IMG/VR virus record: IMGVR_UViG_3300025128_005882
Coordinates: 13,568-77,567 of that record
From: a virus
Length of the DNA: 64,000 nucleotides
Direction: 5' to 3' (one strand)
Of the stretch, positions 38,974 to 48,384 are shown piece by piece; position 1 is the stretch's first letter; every line of letters begins with the position of its first letter. The notes under the pieces were generated by a model, which did not search any database, was not told where the DNA came from, and saw only the letters and a program-made list of their open reading frames with translations. Position numbers and translations under genes: made by a program.

Positions 38974-39645
38974 CTAAGTTTCCTTAGCGTCTCTAGCTTT
39001 GTAGTCATCCTGTTTAGGAGTAACTCCACCCTGCATGTAGGCCAATTCACCCGGAACAGCTCTAGTAGGTTTGATGTTGTCAGCGTTAGACGGTTCGTCT
39101 CCGGTAACACCACTAGGGGTGATAAAGGTAATTGGGTTTCCAGCTCCGCTTCCTTTAGTTCTGTAAGGAGCGATACCACTACTGGTTGGCTCCAACACGT
39201 CGATTGCCGCGCCTGAACCGTACATCTTGGTAGTGTTCACGGTTTGAGCGCCGGACTTGCCAAGATTGATACCACCATACTTAGAACCGCCAGATCTAAT
39301 GGTGTCATTTGAAACGCTACCAATTTTTGTGGAAACGCCTCTAATGATGAACTGCTGGTCGTCAGCGGCTCTAGTCTTAGGATCTGGTGTAAATGCGAAA
39401 GCTCCCGCTGAATTAGCGGCTTGAATACCAACGTGATCGTGGAATGGGTTTGTACCCCTATCAGTTGTTTGAACCTCTGAGCCGTATTCAGAACCAGTAC
39501 CTGTTTCATCTAAACCGCCAAAAAGTCCGTTAACGCCACTTGACATTGGACTGTCAGTACCGATGTTAGCGCCTTTAACACCAATTACGATACCACCATC
39601 ATTGTTAATCGACCCTCCAGCCGATTGTGCTCTTTGAGTAGCCAT
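38974..39645 (-). CDS. Gly/Thr-rich hypothetical protein (possible virion protein)
   Basis: Strong RBS GGAGG, composition, downstream stable hairpin. Confidence 0.55.
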   Translation of the reverse strand: MATQRAQSAGGSINNDGGIVIGVKGANIGTDSPMSSGVNGLFGGLDETGTGSEYGSEVQTTDRGTNPFHDHVGIQAANSAGAFAFTPDPKTRAADDQQFIIRGVSTKIGSVSNDTIRSGGSKYGGINLGKSGAQTVNTTKMYGSGAAIDVLEPTSSGIAPYRTKGSGAGNPITFITPSGVTGDEPSNADNIKPTRAVPGELAYMQGGVTPKQDDYKARDAKET

Positions 39646-39735
39646 GCTGCTTCTCCCTCCAAAAGAGTTATTAAAAAGTTATTTTCCAAAAAATCCGAAG
39701 CAGTAAATCCTATCGTCCTGTTTATTATTATACAC

Positions 39736-40203
39736 CTATTTGAGTCTGCTTGCCAATACTTTTGAAGAATTTTCTATCTTTCTTCGTATTGTTTCTCTAT
39801 TTATGCTATGCATATCAGAAATCTCTTTTATTGTATAGTTTTTAGCTCTATCAAGCATTATTTCAGCGTCTGGCAATGCTTCAATTTCGTCAATCATATC
39901 TACCTCACCAACGTGGTAATTACCACTGGAAAATATATACTCTAACTCTTTGCCTCCTCGTCCATAATCTTTTTTCTTAAACTTGACTTCTCTTATACAC
40001 TCAAACCTAACTCCGTTATAAAGGTACGTTGTGAACTTGGAGTTCTTACCTTCGTCCCAGTTTTTTAGGCTCTTCCATAGCGCATTAATCTTACAGGTAT
40101 AAAGCTCGTCTTCAGATAACTGTTTGTTAAAACTACTAGCGGCCTTGTTCATGATGCCGCCTAATTCTTTGTCTTTCAATGCAATTTCAATATCTCTATT
40201 CAT
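39736..40203 (-). CDS. sigma-70-like phage RNA polymerase sigma factor (regions 2 and 4)
   Basis: ALWKSLKNWDEGKNSKFTTYLY; YTIKEISDMHSINRETIR. Confidence 0.75.
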   Translation of the reverse strand: MNRDIEIALKDKELGGIMNKAASSFNKQLSEDELYTCKINALWKSLKNWDEGKNSKFTTYLYNGVRFECIREVKFKKKDYGRGGKELEYIFSSGNYHVGEVDMIDEIEALPDAEIMLDRAKNYTIKEISDMHSINRETIRRKIENSSKVLASRLK

Positions 40204-40212
40204 TTTTCTTCC

Positions 40213-40629
40213 TTATAATAATTTTTCTTCAATATTAGTTCTTACGTCTTTAAAATCAAACATTTTACCAACACCAATGAAGAACCTATATCTACTATTT
40301 ATTTTTAGTATTTCTACGCCGTCAGCGGTGTCAAGTGTATCTCTTATGTTGTTTGTGATGTCAAAATTTGTATGCCCCACCCAACAGTCGAACTGAGCTA
40401 ACATATTTACCTGTGATATAAAATCATCAGTAAGCGCCACGCTTTGTTGGGCTTGAGTATCATAGGATAATTCTTTTTGCAGGCTTTCTAACTCTTCGTA
40501 CGTAAACTCCTCTGTGTTCAGCATCTCTACTGGAGGGCTTGTTATAGTCAAAAGTTCTTGCAAAATAGGGGAGGATAACTGGTCTTCAATAACATTCTCA
40601 TATTTCTGCCAACCTATTTTTCTCTTCAT
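40213..40629 (-). CDS. hypothetical protein
   Basis: ORF with RBS. Confidence 0.6.
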   Translation of the reverse strand: MKRKIGWQKYENVIEDQLSSPILQELLTITSPPVEMLNTEEFTYEELESLQKELSYDTQAQQSVALTDDFISQVNMLAQFDCWVGHTNFDITNNIRDTLDTADGVEILKINSRYRFFIGVGKMFDFKDVRTNIEEKLL

Positions 40630-40640
40630 TGTTACACTCC

Positions 40641-41030
40641 TTAGTCGAAAATGTCAGACGGACTTATGCAAGGCTTGTCGTCTGAGGATGTGTTTAGTAC
40701 GCTGCCCAGCCTTGCGGCGACGGCTATATACAATTCTGCTTTTCCTTGTTCTATAAATCCATCCTTTATCATTTCCAGTGTTTCTGCAAAGTAGTCGTTA
40801 GAATATATACCCTTTAAAAGCTCAGATAGAAAGAGCGTACTTTCAACGTCTGACTCAGCTATCTGTATATCTACAAATGGAACGCCTTCATTAGTTATGT
40901 AGTAAGTAATGGCGGCGCATATATCTTTAACATCTAATTCTACTTTATCATCGCCTTCTTCTTCTTTTTCCTCTTTAGTATCTATCTCTAACTCTAGTTG
41001 CTCTTTGTGCTTCTTAAAAAAATTAAACAT
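40641..41030 (-). CDS. hypothetical acidic protein
   Basis: Coupled ORF. Confidence 0.55.
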   Translation of the reverse strand: MFNFFKKHKEQLELEIDTKEEKEEEGDDKVELDVKDICAAITYYITNEGVPFVDIQIAESDVESTLFLSELLKGIYSNDYFAETLEMIKDGFIEQGKAELYIAVAARLGSVLNTSSDDKPCISPSDIFD

Positions 41031-42093
41031 TTTGTATCGCTTTCCGTATTAGCTTTGCGCTATTTTCCCAACTAAATCTTTTAGCTGTATCAACACCTTG
41101 AGGATTTGTTGATATGTTATTTTCGTGTACAAACTTCATGCGATTAGCTAGCCTTGAGACTTCTTTATCGCCAAGTTTTGCCCACTCGCCAGTGTTTCCA
41201 TCAAACCATTTACCATCATATGCTGGCTCTACTTCTTCTATCGGGATAAGAAAGGCGTTCTCTTCAGTGCAAAATTCTGTATGGGCTGAAAAAAATGTAG
41301 TTATTACGGGCTTGTTACAAGCCATCATTTCTAGTAGCTCTAAGTTCCACCCTTCAGCCCTAGCTGGAAATACACCACATGTGGTTTGTGCCATTATATT
41401 ATACACCTCTTGCTGTGTTTCAACTCTATTCATAATCTTTATTTTGCTACCAAGAGGACATGATTTATACATATCAATCCACCTCTTTTCCTCAGACTCT
41501 GTATTAAAAGGGTTTTGGCACATCATCCATAATTCTACGTTATCCTGTTGAGAAAAAGCCTCACAGAAAGCTCTAGGCATTATGTCGTGGCCTTTTCTAA
41601 CCTCCCACTTACCGCAGTTAAAGAATATTGTAGCATCTTTTTTTTGTATGTCAATGTCTTTATTTGAAAATACAGAAGAATCTACACCTAAAGGTATAAC
41701 ATGCACGTTTTGAGGTGATATGTTAATTCTACTGATTATGACCTGTCTTGCCCATTCAGAGCAAACAAATATTTTATCCAAGCTATTCAGGTGGTGTAGC
41801 TCAATTTCGTTAAAGTTGTTTAGCTCAAAGATTGGAAATCCTATTTTTATATTGTTACCAACAAATTGAGCCATGTCGTTCTGATGCCATATTCTTATGC
41901 AAGGCGCATCAAAGTCAGGTCGTTTAGAGTTTCTAATCATTTCGGCAACCCTGCTATGATCTTCCTGAGAAGTTACAGATGGTTGACCAATAGGCCATAA
42001 AGATACTGGCTCAATGTCATCAAGTTCTTTACATATATTAAGTCCAGCTACACCGTAGCCTAGCTGATTAATTGGTGATATAATATTTAACAT
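41023..42093 (-). CDS. GT4 glycosyltransferase
   Basis: GKWEVRKG, PARAEGWNLELLEMMAC, RFSWE. Confidence 0.85.
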   Translation of the reverse strand: MLNIISPINQLGYGVAGLNICKELDDIEPVSLWPIGQPSVTSQEDHSRVAEMIRNSKRPDFDAPCIRIWHQNDMAQFVGNNIKIGFPIFELNNFNEIELHHLNSLDKIFVCSEWARQVIISRINISPQNVHVIPLGVDSSVFSNKDIDIQKKDATIFFNCGKWEVRKGHDIMPRAFCEAFSQQDNVELWMMCQNPFNTESEEKRWIDMYKSCPLGSKIKIMNRVETQQEVYNIMAQTTCGVFPARAEGWNLELLEMMACNKPVITTFFSAHTEFCTEENAFLIPIEEVEPAYDGKWFDGNTGEWAKLGDKEVSRLANRMKFVHENNISTNPQGVDTAKRFSWENSAKLIRKAIQNV

Positions 42094-43061
42094 TAGTATT
42101 TTCCTGAGTATATAGTTGGTGTGTATAAAGCTATCATGCTTGGGTTCATAAATATTCTACTACCTCTCTTCTTCATCTCATTGTGGAAATAAGCCCACTC
42201 GTTGACAACAGAGCCAGAGTCAGTCATAATAGCATCAAACTTGCAATCTATAGCCTCGTCATATTTATATATTCCTAACCCATTAAAGTTTGAGTTAACC
42301 TCTACAGGGCTTTCACCTCTGTTAAAACTAAACTCATTTACCTCAGCGGAAACTGGTACATCTTTCATCTTTGAGTCGATGTCTCTCCAAGCCCAAGTGT
42401 CATAGAAGAGTGGTTTGTATTCAGAAAAGGTTGTGCCATCAGTGCCGACATAAGTTGCATCGACATACTCTAAACCATTAGCTGTCATCGCAGACCAGTT
42501 ATCGTATGAAAAGCTATGACATATACCATCATAAGACCATCCTCCTTCTAAGTCTAAATCTACAATAAGTATATAGTCTGCTGGAAAAAATTTATTGAGC
42601 AACCTTATGCCTTCAAAAGATATATTCCTAAGACCAGCCAAGTATCTTGGTCTATCCAGCTCTCTCGTTTTGTCGAACATAGGAACACCTGTTGTCTCTT
42701 GAGCTAGAGTTGTCTTGGTGTCAGTTTCAAAATACTTTCTGAGAGCCTGAGTCGTACCATCATCTGAGTCATTCTCATAGATCAGCATCCTGTAATCGTT
42801 GAATAGCTCACCAGTCTTTCTAAGTCTAGCAACTGTATGTCTCAGCACAGGCATTATGTTTCTACACAGGCCAGTAATTATAACATTCTTAGAAGAGGCT
42901 ACGCAAGCACCTTGAGACACTCTTCGTAAGTATTCTTTGTTGTCTTCTGCTGCGAACAGATCTTCTGGGAACCTGCTTGTTATGTTATCCGCATATTGGC
43001 AACTGCTTGTCAAATCCGTCATCCATTCTTCTCCAATGTTTTCCAACTCTTTGATAATCAC
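42093..43061 (-). CDS. GT-A glycosyltransferase (CAP59/GT69-like)
   Basis: IYENDSDDGT, LAGLRN, VDLDL, YDTWAWR, VNSNFNGLGIY, FMNP. Confidence 0.7.
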   Translation of the reverse strand: MIIKELENIGEEWMTDLTSSCQYADNITSRFPEDLFAAEDNKEYLRRVSQGACVASSKNVIITGLCRNIMPVLRHTVARLRKTGELFNDYRMLIYENDSDDGTTQALRKYFETDTKTTLAQETTGVPMFDKTRELDRPRYLAGLRNISFEGIRLLNKFFPADYILIVDLDLEGGWSYDGICHSFSYDNWSAMTANGLEYVDATYVGTDGTTFSEYKPLFYDTWAWRDIDSKMKDVPVSAEVNEFSFNRGESPVEVNSNFNGLGIYKYDEAIDCKFDAIMTDSGSVVNEWAYFHNEMKKRGSRIFMNPSMIALYTPTIYSGKY

Positions 43062-44298
43062 ACGCCGAACACCTGAATTTTTCCCAACAAATCACAGGCT
43101 CGTTCAATCTTTCAAAAGTCCCATCTAGTATGTTTCCTAGCGGCTTGTAATGAGGCAGGGAATAGTTTCCAAATAGTTTTGATCTATCAACAGCACTCAT
43201 ACAGGTATAAGCATCACCAAGTGCGTCTACGTTTACTCTTAGTGATCCCGCCGGACAGAACACGGGGAGCCTCGACTCGTCCGACGTTGTGGGCAACGCT
43301 TCTCCTGACTGAACAGCTTTACTACTAAGAGAAGGAAAGTCTAGATTGCTTATGTTTTCAATTCTAATGATGTTGTCATATAGTGCCCTATCCGTACCGT
43401 CTTGGTTAGGATCTTCGTCGTCAAATACAGAAGTGTATTGATCTATAGCAAGTCTTATGTTGTAGCGTTCGCAAAAGTCCTTCAAGGTTTGCTCTGAAAT
43501 TATTGCGGTATTCATAGGATGATTAACCATTTCAAGCTGAAACCTTTCGGAACCATAATGCTCTGTATATCTAAGAACCTTGTCGAAGAAAGCGTCTACA
43601 TCTTTTATCTGCGTTGGGTGAACACTTGCGCACACGTTTCCCATTCTGTCGATAGGCACTTCCTCAAACCACTTTTCTAACCTAAACGATCCTGCAAAGT
43701 TTGTCGTCATGGAAAGGTTTATGCCTTCGTTTATCATAGATATTAGTTTTGTTATATCTTTGTATAGAGTTGGCTCTCCTCCTGTAAAATACAACTCTAT
43801 GGGATTAATATTATTAAAAGCCGAAGCCCAAGCTTCTACTTTTTCAGTATTGTGGCGCTCAGACCTGTAGACCTCTTCAGTCACTTCTTGCCAACAGTAA
43901 TTGCATTTATAGTTACACTTCCAAGTTACAAACCACTGAAGATATGGGCGAAGACCCTTAGAGCTTTCAATAACTTCCAGTTTATTTTTATCAAATGATT
44001 CTTTGTCTACACAATCCCACTCAGAAAGATTTAAGAAATCTAGTCTATCTTTTCTGTTGTGTATGGACATTATGTTAACTTCTACTTTGTGATCGTGAAG
44101 AAACTCAAGCTCCACAGACCCTATGCTATCTGTCTCATAACATATTAGTCGATTGCCTCCGTCAGATATTTTATAGTCGGATGTTTTACCAGACCCTAGC
44201 TCTACCACTCTAACGCTTGAAGCTCTAGCTCCACGTAGCTGATACACTATATCAATATACCTAGACTTAAGATTGTTTATTGTAAATTTTGTTTTCAT
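42985..44298 (-). CDS. radical SAM enzyme with SPASM/twitch-like domain
   Basis: CNYKCNYC, FTGGEP, CPAG..GDAYTC..LGNI..C..C..C. Confidence 0.88.
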   Translation of the reverse strand: MKTKFTINNLKSRYIDIVYQLRGARASSVRVVELGSGKTSDYKISDGGNRLICYETDSIGSVELEFLHDHKVEVNIMSIHNRKDRLDFLNLSEWDCVDKESFDKNKLEVIESSKGLRPYLQWFVTWKCNYKCNYCWQEVTEEVYRSERHNTEKVEAWASAFNNINPIELYFTGGEPTLYKDITKLISMINEGINLSMTTNFAGSFRLEKWFEEVPIDRMGNVCASVHPTQIKDVDAFFDKVLRYTEHYGSERFQLEMVNHPMNTAIISEQTLKDFCERYNIRLAIDQYTSVFDDEDPNQDGTDRALYDNIIRIENISNLDFPSLSSKAVQSGEALPTTSDESRLPVFCPAGSLRVNVDALGDAYTCMSAVDRSKLFGNYSLPHYKPLGNILDGTFERLNEPVICWEKFRCSACDYQRVGKHWRRMDDGFDKQLPICG

Positions 44299-45059
44299 AA
44301 TTGAGTTACCAATCCAGATTTCAAAATCATAGACAACCACTTTTTTTCCTTACCTGAGTCATGCCCAACTGTGGTAAAACCTTGAGAATTGCCATTCTTA
44401 CTATAATAATGTTGTGTTTCTAGTCCATCAAAGCCAGTAATGAAAATTTTGTACCCTCTTAGCATGTGATCCTTTTTGCATGAGCAACTGTTGCACGGTT
44501 TATCGTAAGACGTAATACCTGTCGATGCCCGCACTGCGTGAGCTATTGCTTTCAATCCTGCTGTTGCTGATTTATGGTCTTTTGTTTTTGTTTTGTCCCA
44601 GTACAAAAACCGACTTCCGTCTGGGTTATCGAAAAACCCACTGCGGTCGGTAAAAGAGGGATAACATTTCAAAAATTCAAAATTCTTAATGTTAGATTCC
44701 TCAGCTATTCTTTCGACAGTTACAGGGCCAGTCTTCCAATTCTGGTGCTCCATCCTACCTTCCATCCAAGCCTTGGAGTTACAACCCCATACCGTTTCAA
44801 CCGTCTTGACGTAATCGTCATAAGCAAAGCCATTGTCTGCCCACCAATCGCAATTAGGATCGTTTCCTTTTTGTATCATATGTAGCAACTTAGGAAATGC
44901 TGAGTGGCACATTATATCTACTTTGGTTCCTACATGCTTTTCATACCCTGAGATACGAAAATCATTAAACCTTATAACAATGTCAAAATCGTCAATCGCA
45001 TGACCATTTTCACTATTGAGTAAACAACCTCCATTTCCTACTATAATCGCTCGTTTCAT
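44295..45059 (-). CDS. GT29 sialyltransferase-like protein
   Basis: L-motif IVGNGG..G..ID.FD.VIRFN..VGTK; TAG; GFDG..HYY..GH. Confidence 0.75.
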   Translation of the reverse strand: MKRAIIVGNGGCLLNSENGHAIDDFDIVIRFNDFRISGYEKHVGTKVDIMCHSAFPKLLHMIQKGNDPNCDWWADNGFAYDDYVKTVETVWGCNSKAWMEGRMEHQNWKTGPVTVERIAEESNIKNFEFLKCYPSFTDRSGFFDNPDGSRFLYWDKTKTKDHKSATAGLKAIAHAVRASTGITSYDKPCNSCSCKKDHMLRGYKIFITGFDGLETQHYYSKNGNSQGFTTVGHDSGKEKKWLSMILKSGLVTQL

Positions 45060-45727
45060 TTTTTCTCCACGTAGTGAGCATATAAGTGCTGGGCAAATCT
45101 AAAATCTTTTTTTGTATCTATGTCTGAGCTGTGATTGTTTGCGTAGTGCCATATTGGGTTCGTGCCTACCCAGTAGCCGCACTCTTTTATAGACGATCTC
45201 GTTAGAATAGACAGAACAAAAGTCATTCGGTACATTTCATTTATCTTTTGTGACGGCAAATGCCATCTCCCAAACTTAAAACCAACTGGCTCATATGTGC
45301 TGTCTAATATGTAATCTTTGAACGGATAAATAGCAACTAGAGAATCATTGTCCTTGGATAAGTCTCTGTCGTCCCATTTCTTAAAACACTGTTCGTGGTC
45401 ATCAAAAAGAGGATCGGTCACACCGCACCAAGCTATATCATCGTCTCCTGAAATCTGACCGCAAACTCCGTTGAAAACATGATAGAAGTTAGTGTCATTG
45501 TCAGCAAGAACCTGATCCCTGAGTAAAAAGTTTACGCCCCACTTCAAGGCAACTTCTTCTCTCTCAGGGTTTTCACAACTGATATAAATATCACTGGGGT
45601 CTAGGAATCTCAGCAACTTCTCAACAGTTATATCCACCAAAGACTTTCCATCATAGAATTCTAGGAAATTTTTATTAGGTAGTCTTTTTGAGCTATCTTT
45701 AGCTGGGATTATCGCTTTCAAAATCAA
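45056..45727 (-). CDS. CMP-nonulosonate/Kdo cytidylyltransferase (NeuA-like)
   Basis: AIIPAK..SKRLPNKN, DIDTKKDF. Confidence 0.85.
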   Translation of the reverse strand: MILKAIIPAKDSSKRLPNKNFLEFYDGKSLVDITVEKLLRFLDPSDIYISCENPEREEVALKWGVNFLLRDQVLADNDTNFYHVFNGVCGQISGDDDIAWCGVTDPLFDDHEQCFKKWDDRDLSKDNDSLVAIYPFKDYILDSTYEPVGFKFGRWHLPSQKINEMYRMTFVLSILTRSSIKECGYWVGTNPIWHYANNHSSDIDTKKDFRFAQHLYAHYVEKK

Positions 45728-46260
45728 CCCTTTCTCATGGCAATTACTAGGAAATCCTGCACCGTTGCAATGTCATCAGTCAAGCTGTTCTTAACAATGT
45801 TTTTTGACTCTGTTTTATTATAGCCTAAAGCCACCAAAGCGTCCACACAATCTTGCTGTAAAGGGTGAACTTTTGACACATTTTTTACAGGCTGAGACTG
45901 TTGCTTAGCCACCATCTTCTGCAACTGCTTTATCTGATTCTCCAAGCTGTTTATCTTTTTGTCCTGCTCTCTAGTGCTAGATGCAGGCTTTGGCTTAGGA
46001 GCTGGCTTTGGTTTAGCTACAGGCGCTTGTATTACCGGAGGAGGAACTACTGGTTCTTCGTAATCGAACAACATGAAAGCTGACGGCTCGCCAGTCTCTT
46101 CGTATGTAAATGCGGCATAGAGATCCGCTTCAGCTTGACTGGACATGGTACGCTGTGACACATGTCCTTGCTCTTTTATGCGTTTGGCTTCTTGTATAAA
46201 GCCTTGTATGAACAAAACTACAACTATAAACGCTACTATTGATCCGCCAATTTCAATCAT
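45724..46260 (-). CDS. TM-anchored protein with Pro linker and RuvA C-terminal-like domain
   Basis: N-terminal TM; PKPAPKP; DCVDALVALGYNKTES. Confidence 0.65.
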   Translation of the reverse strand: MIEIGGSIVAFIVVVLFIQGFIQEAKRIKEQGHVSQRTMSSQAEADLYAAFTYEETGEPSAFMLFDYEEPVVPPPVIQAPVAKPKPAPKPKPASSTREQDKKINSLENQIKQLQKMVAKQQSQPVKNVSKVHPLQQDCVDALVALGYNKTESKNIVKNSLTDDIATVQDFLVIAMRKG

Positions 46261-46295
46261 AATAAAACACCTGTGGGGCTAAAGAATTTCTGTTT

Positions 46296-46323
46296 ATTGT
46301 AACATTTTCCTACCACTTGTCAA
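46296..46323 (-). promoter_or_regulatory. sigma70-type promoter
   Basis: TTGACA-N16-TACAAT with extended TG. Confidence 0.6.
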
Positions 46324-46343
46324 GTGATAACTTTCCACTTTTT

Positions 46344-46395
46344 GCTAGATAATGGCTTAAATCTGGATCAAACCAAATGACATCGTGAATCTAGC
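46344..46395 (-). ncRNA. 52-nt symmetric internal-loop RNA element, copy B
   Basis: GCUAGAU|UCACGAUGUC|AUUUGG|UUUGAU|CCAGAU|UUAAGCCAUU|AUCUAGC. Confidence 0.75.
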
Positions 46396-46421
46396 TTACA
46401 ATTCTCGCCCCACTTTGGCGT

Positions 46422-46628
46422 TTATTTTCTGTTGTTGTAACGATTGGGGTCTGCTAGTCCGTTATCAAGACGATCTCTTAATGTCTTATATCGGCCAAGC
46501 TGATCCTCACACATTACTTCTTTTTCATTTAATTCTTCAACTACCATGTCTACATGTGAACCAAACCAGCTTTTGCTTGTGATAGTGGTTCCAGTGACGT
46601 GTCTTTTTACACTTCTTGTTTTAGCCAT
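46422..46628 (-). CDS. hypothetical protein
   Basis: Start MAKTRS, downstream of terminator. Confidence 0.55.
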   Translation of the reverse strand: MAKTRSVKRHVTGTTITSKSWFGSHVDMVVEELNEKEVMCEDQLGRYKTLRDRLDNGLADPNRYNNRK

Positions 46629-46644
46629 TTCAATGTTTCCTTTC

Positions 46645-46671
46645 AAAAAAAAGCCCATTTAAGGCTGGGCT
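46645..46671 (-). terminator. intrinsic terminator after ssb
   Basis: AGCCCA-loop-UGGGCU followed by a U run. Confidence 0.75.
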
Positions 46672-46685
46672 AGACCTTTAACAAA

Positions 46686-47045
46686 CTAGAACGGCGTTTG
46701 CTCTTCGTCAACCGACTGTGTGCTGACAACTTTCTGACCGGCATTTGGGCCTAGAGAGATCTCGTCTGCCATAACACATACAGAGTTTCTTGGGTTACCG
46801 TTCTTGTCCTCGTACTCGTCAATCTTAATCTTACCTTGAACGGATACGAGTCGTCCTTTTTGTAAGTGCTGAGTCAGGCTTTCTGCCATCTTCCCAAAGC
46901 ACAACACGTTTAAGAAAAGAGTTTCATCGTTGCGACGATCATTTACCGCAAGTCTAAATTTACTCATGGATGTTCCCTTCTTAGTTACGCTCTGTTCTGC
47001 GTCTCTAGTAAGTCTTCCACATCCTAACCAAAAATTTACATTCAT
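46686..47045 (-). CDS. ssb: single-stranded DNA-binding protein
   Basis: GRLTRDAE, FRLAVN, FGKMAE, KGRLVSVQG, acidic tail DEEQTPF. Confidence 0.92.
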   Translation of the reverse strand: MNVNFWLGCGRLTRDAEQSVTKKGTSMSKFRLAVNDRRNDETLFLNVLCFGKMAESLTQHLQKGRLVSVQGKIKIDEYEDKNGNPRNSVCVMADEISLGPNAGQKVVSTQSVDEEQTPF

Positions 47046-47046
47046 A

Positions 47047-47370
47047 TTAAAGCTCCAATGCTGAACGAATCTTTCCACGTACTACTTGGCTATGACCTCG
47101 ATTTGAGTGATTTGTCGTAGCCTGATACAAATTTTCTGTAAAGGTCTTTGACAAGCCCAATGCTCGCCCTGCTCGTAACGTCTCACGCTTGTTGTTAGCG
47201 TAGCTACCATGACCACCTCGGTGGGCAACTGCTGTTACTGCATTAAAAGTATGACCTTTCGCTTTTCCTCTTTTACCAGTCGCAACAATATTTTTATTAT
47301 CGCCAATGCTAAACACATAAGTAGTGCTTGGTAGGCTTGACAACTGCTGATAAAATTCACTAATGTTCAT
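47047..47370 (-). CDS. hypothetical protein
   Basis: ORF with RBS AGGAG. Confidence 0.65.
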   Translation of the reverse strand: MNISEFYQQLSSLPSTTYVFSIGDNKNIVATGKRGKAKGHTFNAVTAVAHRGGHGSYANNKRETLRAGRALGLSKTFTENLYQATTNHSNRGHSQVVRGKIRSALEL

Positions 47371-47388
47371 AAGAAACTCCTTAAAAAA

Positions 47389-47607
47389 TTACTTAAAAAT
47401 GTTGCTAGTTGGCAACTCCATAGCCACAGGGCTACTCTGTTGTTCAACTAAATTACTACTTCCGTTAAGTTCCGCAATGCCGTTTTCTAAATAAGTCCTC
47501 AGCGTAGCGATGTCTGTGTCGATTTGTGTCTTTGTGTTTTCTAAATCCGTGATTTGCTTCTGCACGTTCTTTAGATGTGCTTCAGCCATTTCTTTTATGT
47601 TTGCCAT
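47389..47607 (-). CDS. coiled-coil hypothetical protein
   Basis: ORF with RBS GGAG. Confidence 0.6.
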   Translation of the reverse strand: MANIKEMAEAHLKNVQKQITDLENTKTQIDTDIATLRTYLENGIAELNGSSNLVEQQSSPVAMELPTSNIFK

Positions 47608-47680
47608 AATGTTTTACTCCAGTTTAGTTTTGTCCTATGTTATATTATACTAAAAACCGAGCTTCGGTACACTTCTTTTT

Positions 47681-47833
47681 TTATTTTTTTCTAAATTCGT
47701 ACCAAAGTAATCCTAAGTTTGCTAGTCCGTATGAAAACCACATCAGTGCGTGTGGGTAATCTTTGTCTTTAATGCACGAAGCACAGGTTACCCAGTACAG
47801 CAATGTAGTTGTTCCTATAGCGTAAACAGCCAT
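47681..47833 (-). CDS. small membrane protein, 50 aa (not in track)
   Basis: MAVYAIGTTTLLYW..MWFSYGLANLGLLW; TGATG coupling. Confidence 0.6.
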   Translation of the reverse strand: MAVYAIGTTTLLYWVTCASCIKDKDYPHALMWFSYGLANLGLLWYEFRKK

Positions 47834-48384
47834 CAGCTCATCCTCATCTTATCCTTGTTAAAGAAGAACCATCTTTTATAGTGATCTACGTCACCTTTGT
47901 GTTTATGTACATAGGCCAAGTATCCCATAAGATTTTCCATCGAGTCAAATATATGCTGATGTGGCAACATGAAGAATAGCCAGTTCGGAGCTGCGGCCTT
48001 GCCTTGCTGACACCAAATAAGAACAGGTTTTTTCTGACTGTTGGCTACAGCTATCTCTTCGTAGGTTCCACAAGCATGGACATCTGTATCTACACTTACG
48101 ATCAGGAAATCTGATATGTCTACACATCTCAAGTCTAGAGTTCGGATGACACCATATTCGTCTCTAATCTGCTGAAAGTTTCCTTCCACCTTCAGGCTTT
48201 CGATACGTTCTCTTGTACCCTCGTCCTCCTTGCCTATCTCTGATGGTTTATCACAGGGGTTTAATACTACTACCCCCATCCTTTCAAGTAGTGGTGTAAT
48301 TTTATCTCTCCACCCAGCGCCTCCATCGGGAACTCTGTCCATAGCACCGGCCAAGTAAGTTCTCATGCCTTTAAGTCTGTTCAT
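47833..48384 (-). CDS. nucleoside 2-deoxyribosyltransferase-like protein
   Basis: YLAGAM, VLNP, DL..VD.SD, GTYEE. Confidence 0.75.
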   Translation of the reverse strand: MNRLKGMRTYLAGAMDRVPDGGAGWRDKITPLLERMGVVVLNPCDKPSEIGKEDEGTRERIESLKVEGNFQQIRDEYGVIRTLDLRCVDISDFLIVSVDTDVHACGTYEEIAVANSQKKPVLIWCQQGKAAAPNWLFFMLPHQHIFDSMENLMGYLAYVHKHKGDVDHYKRWFFFNKDKMRMS

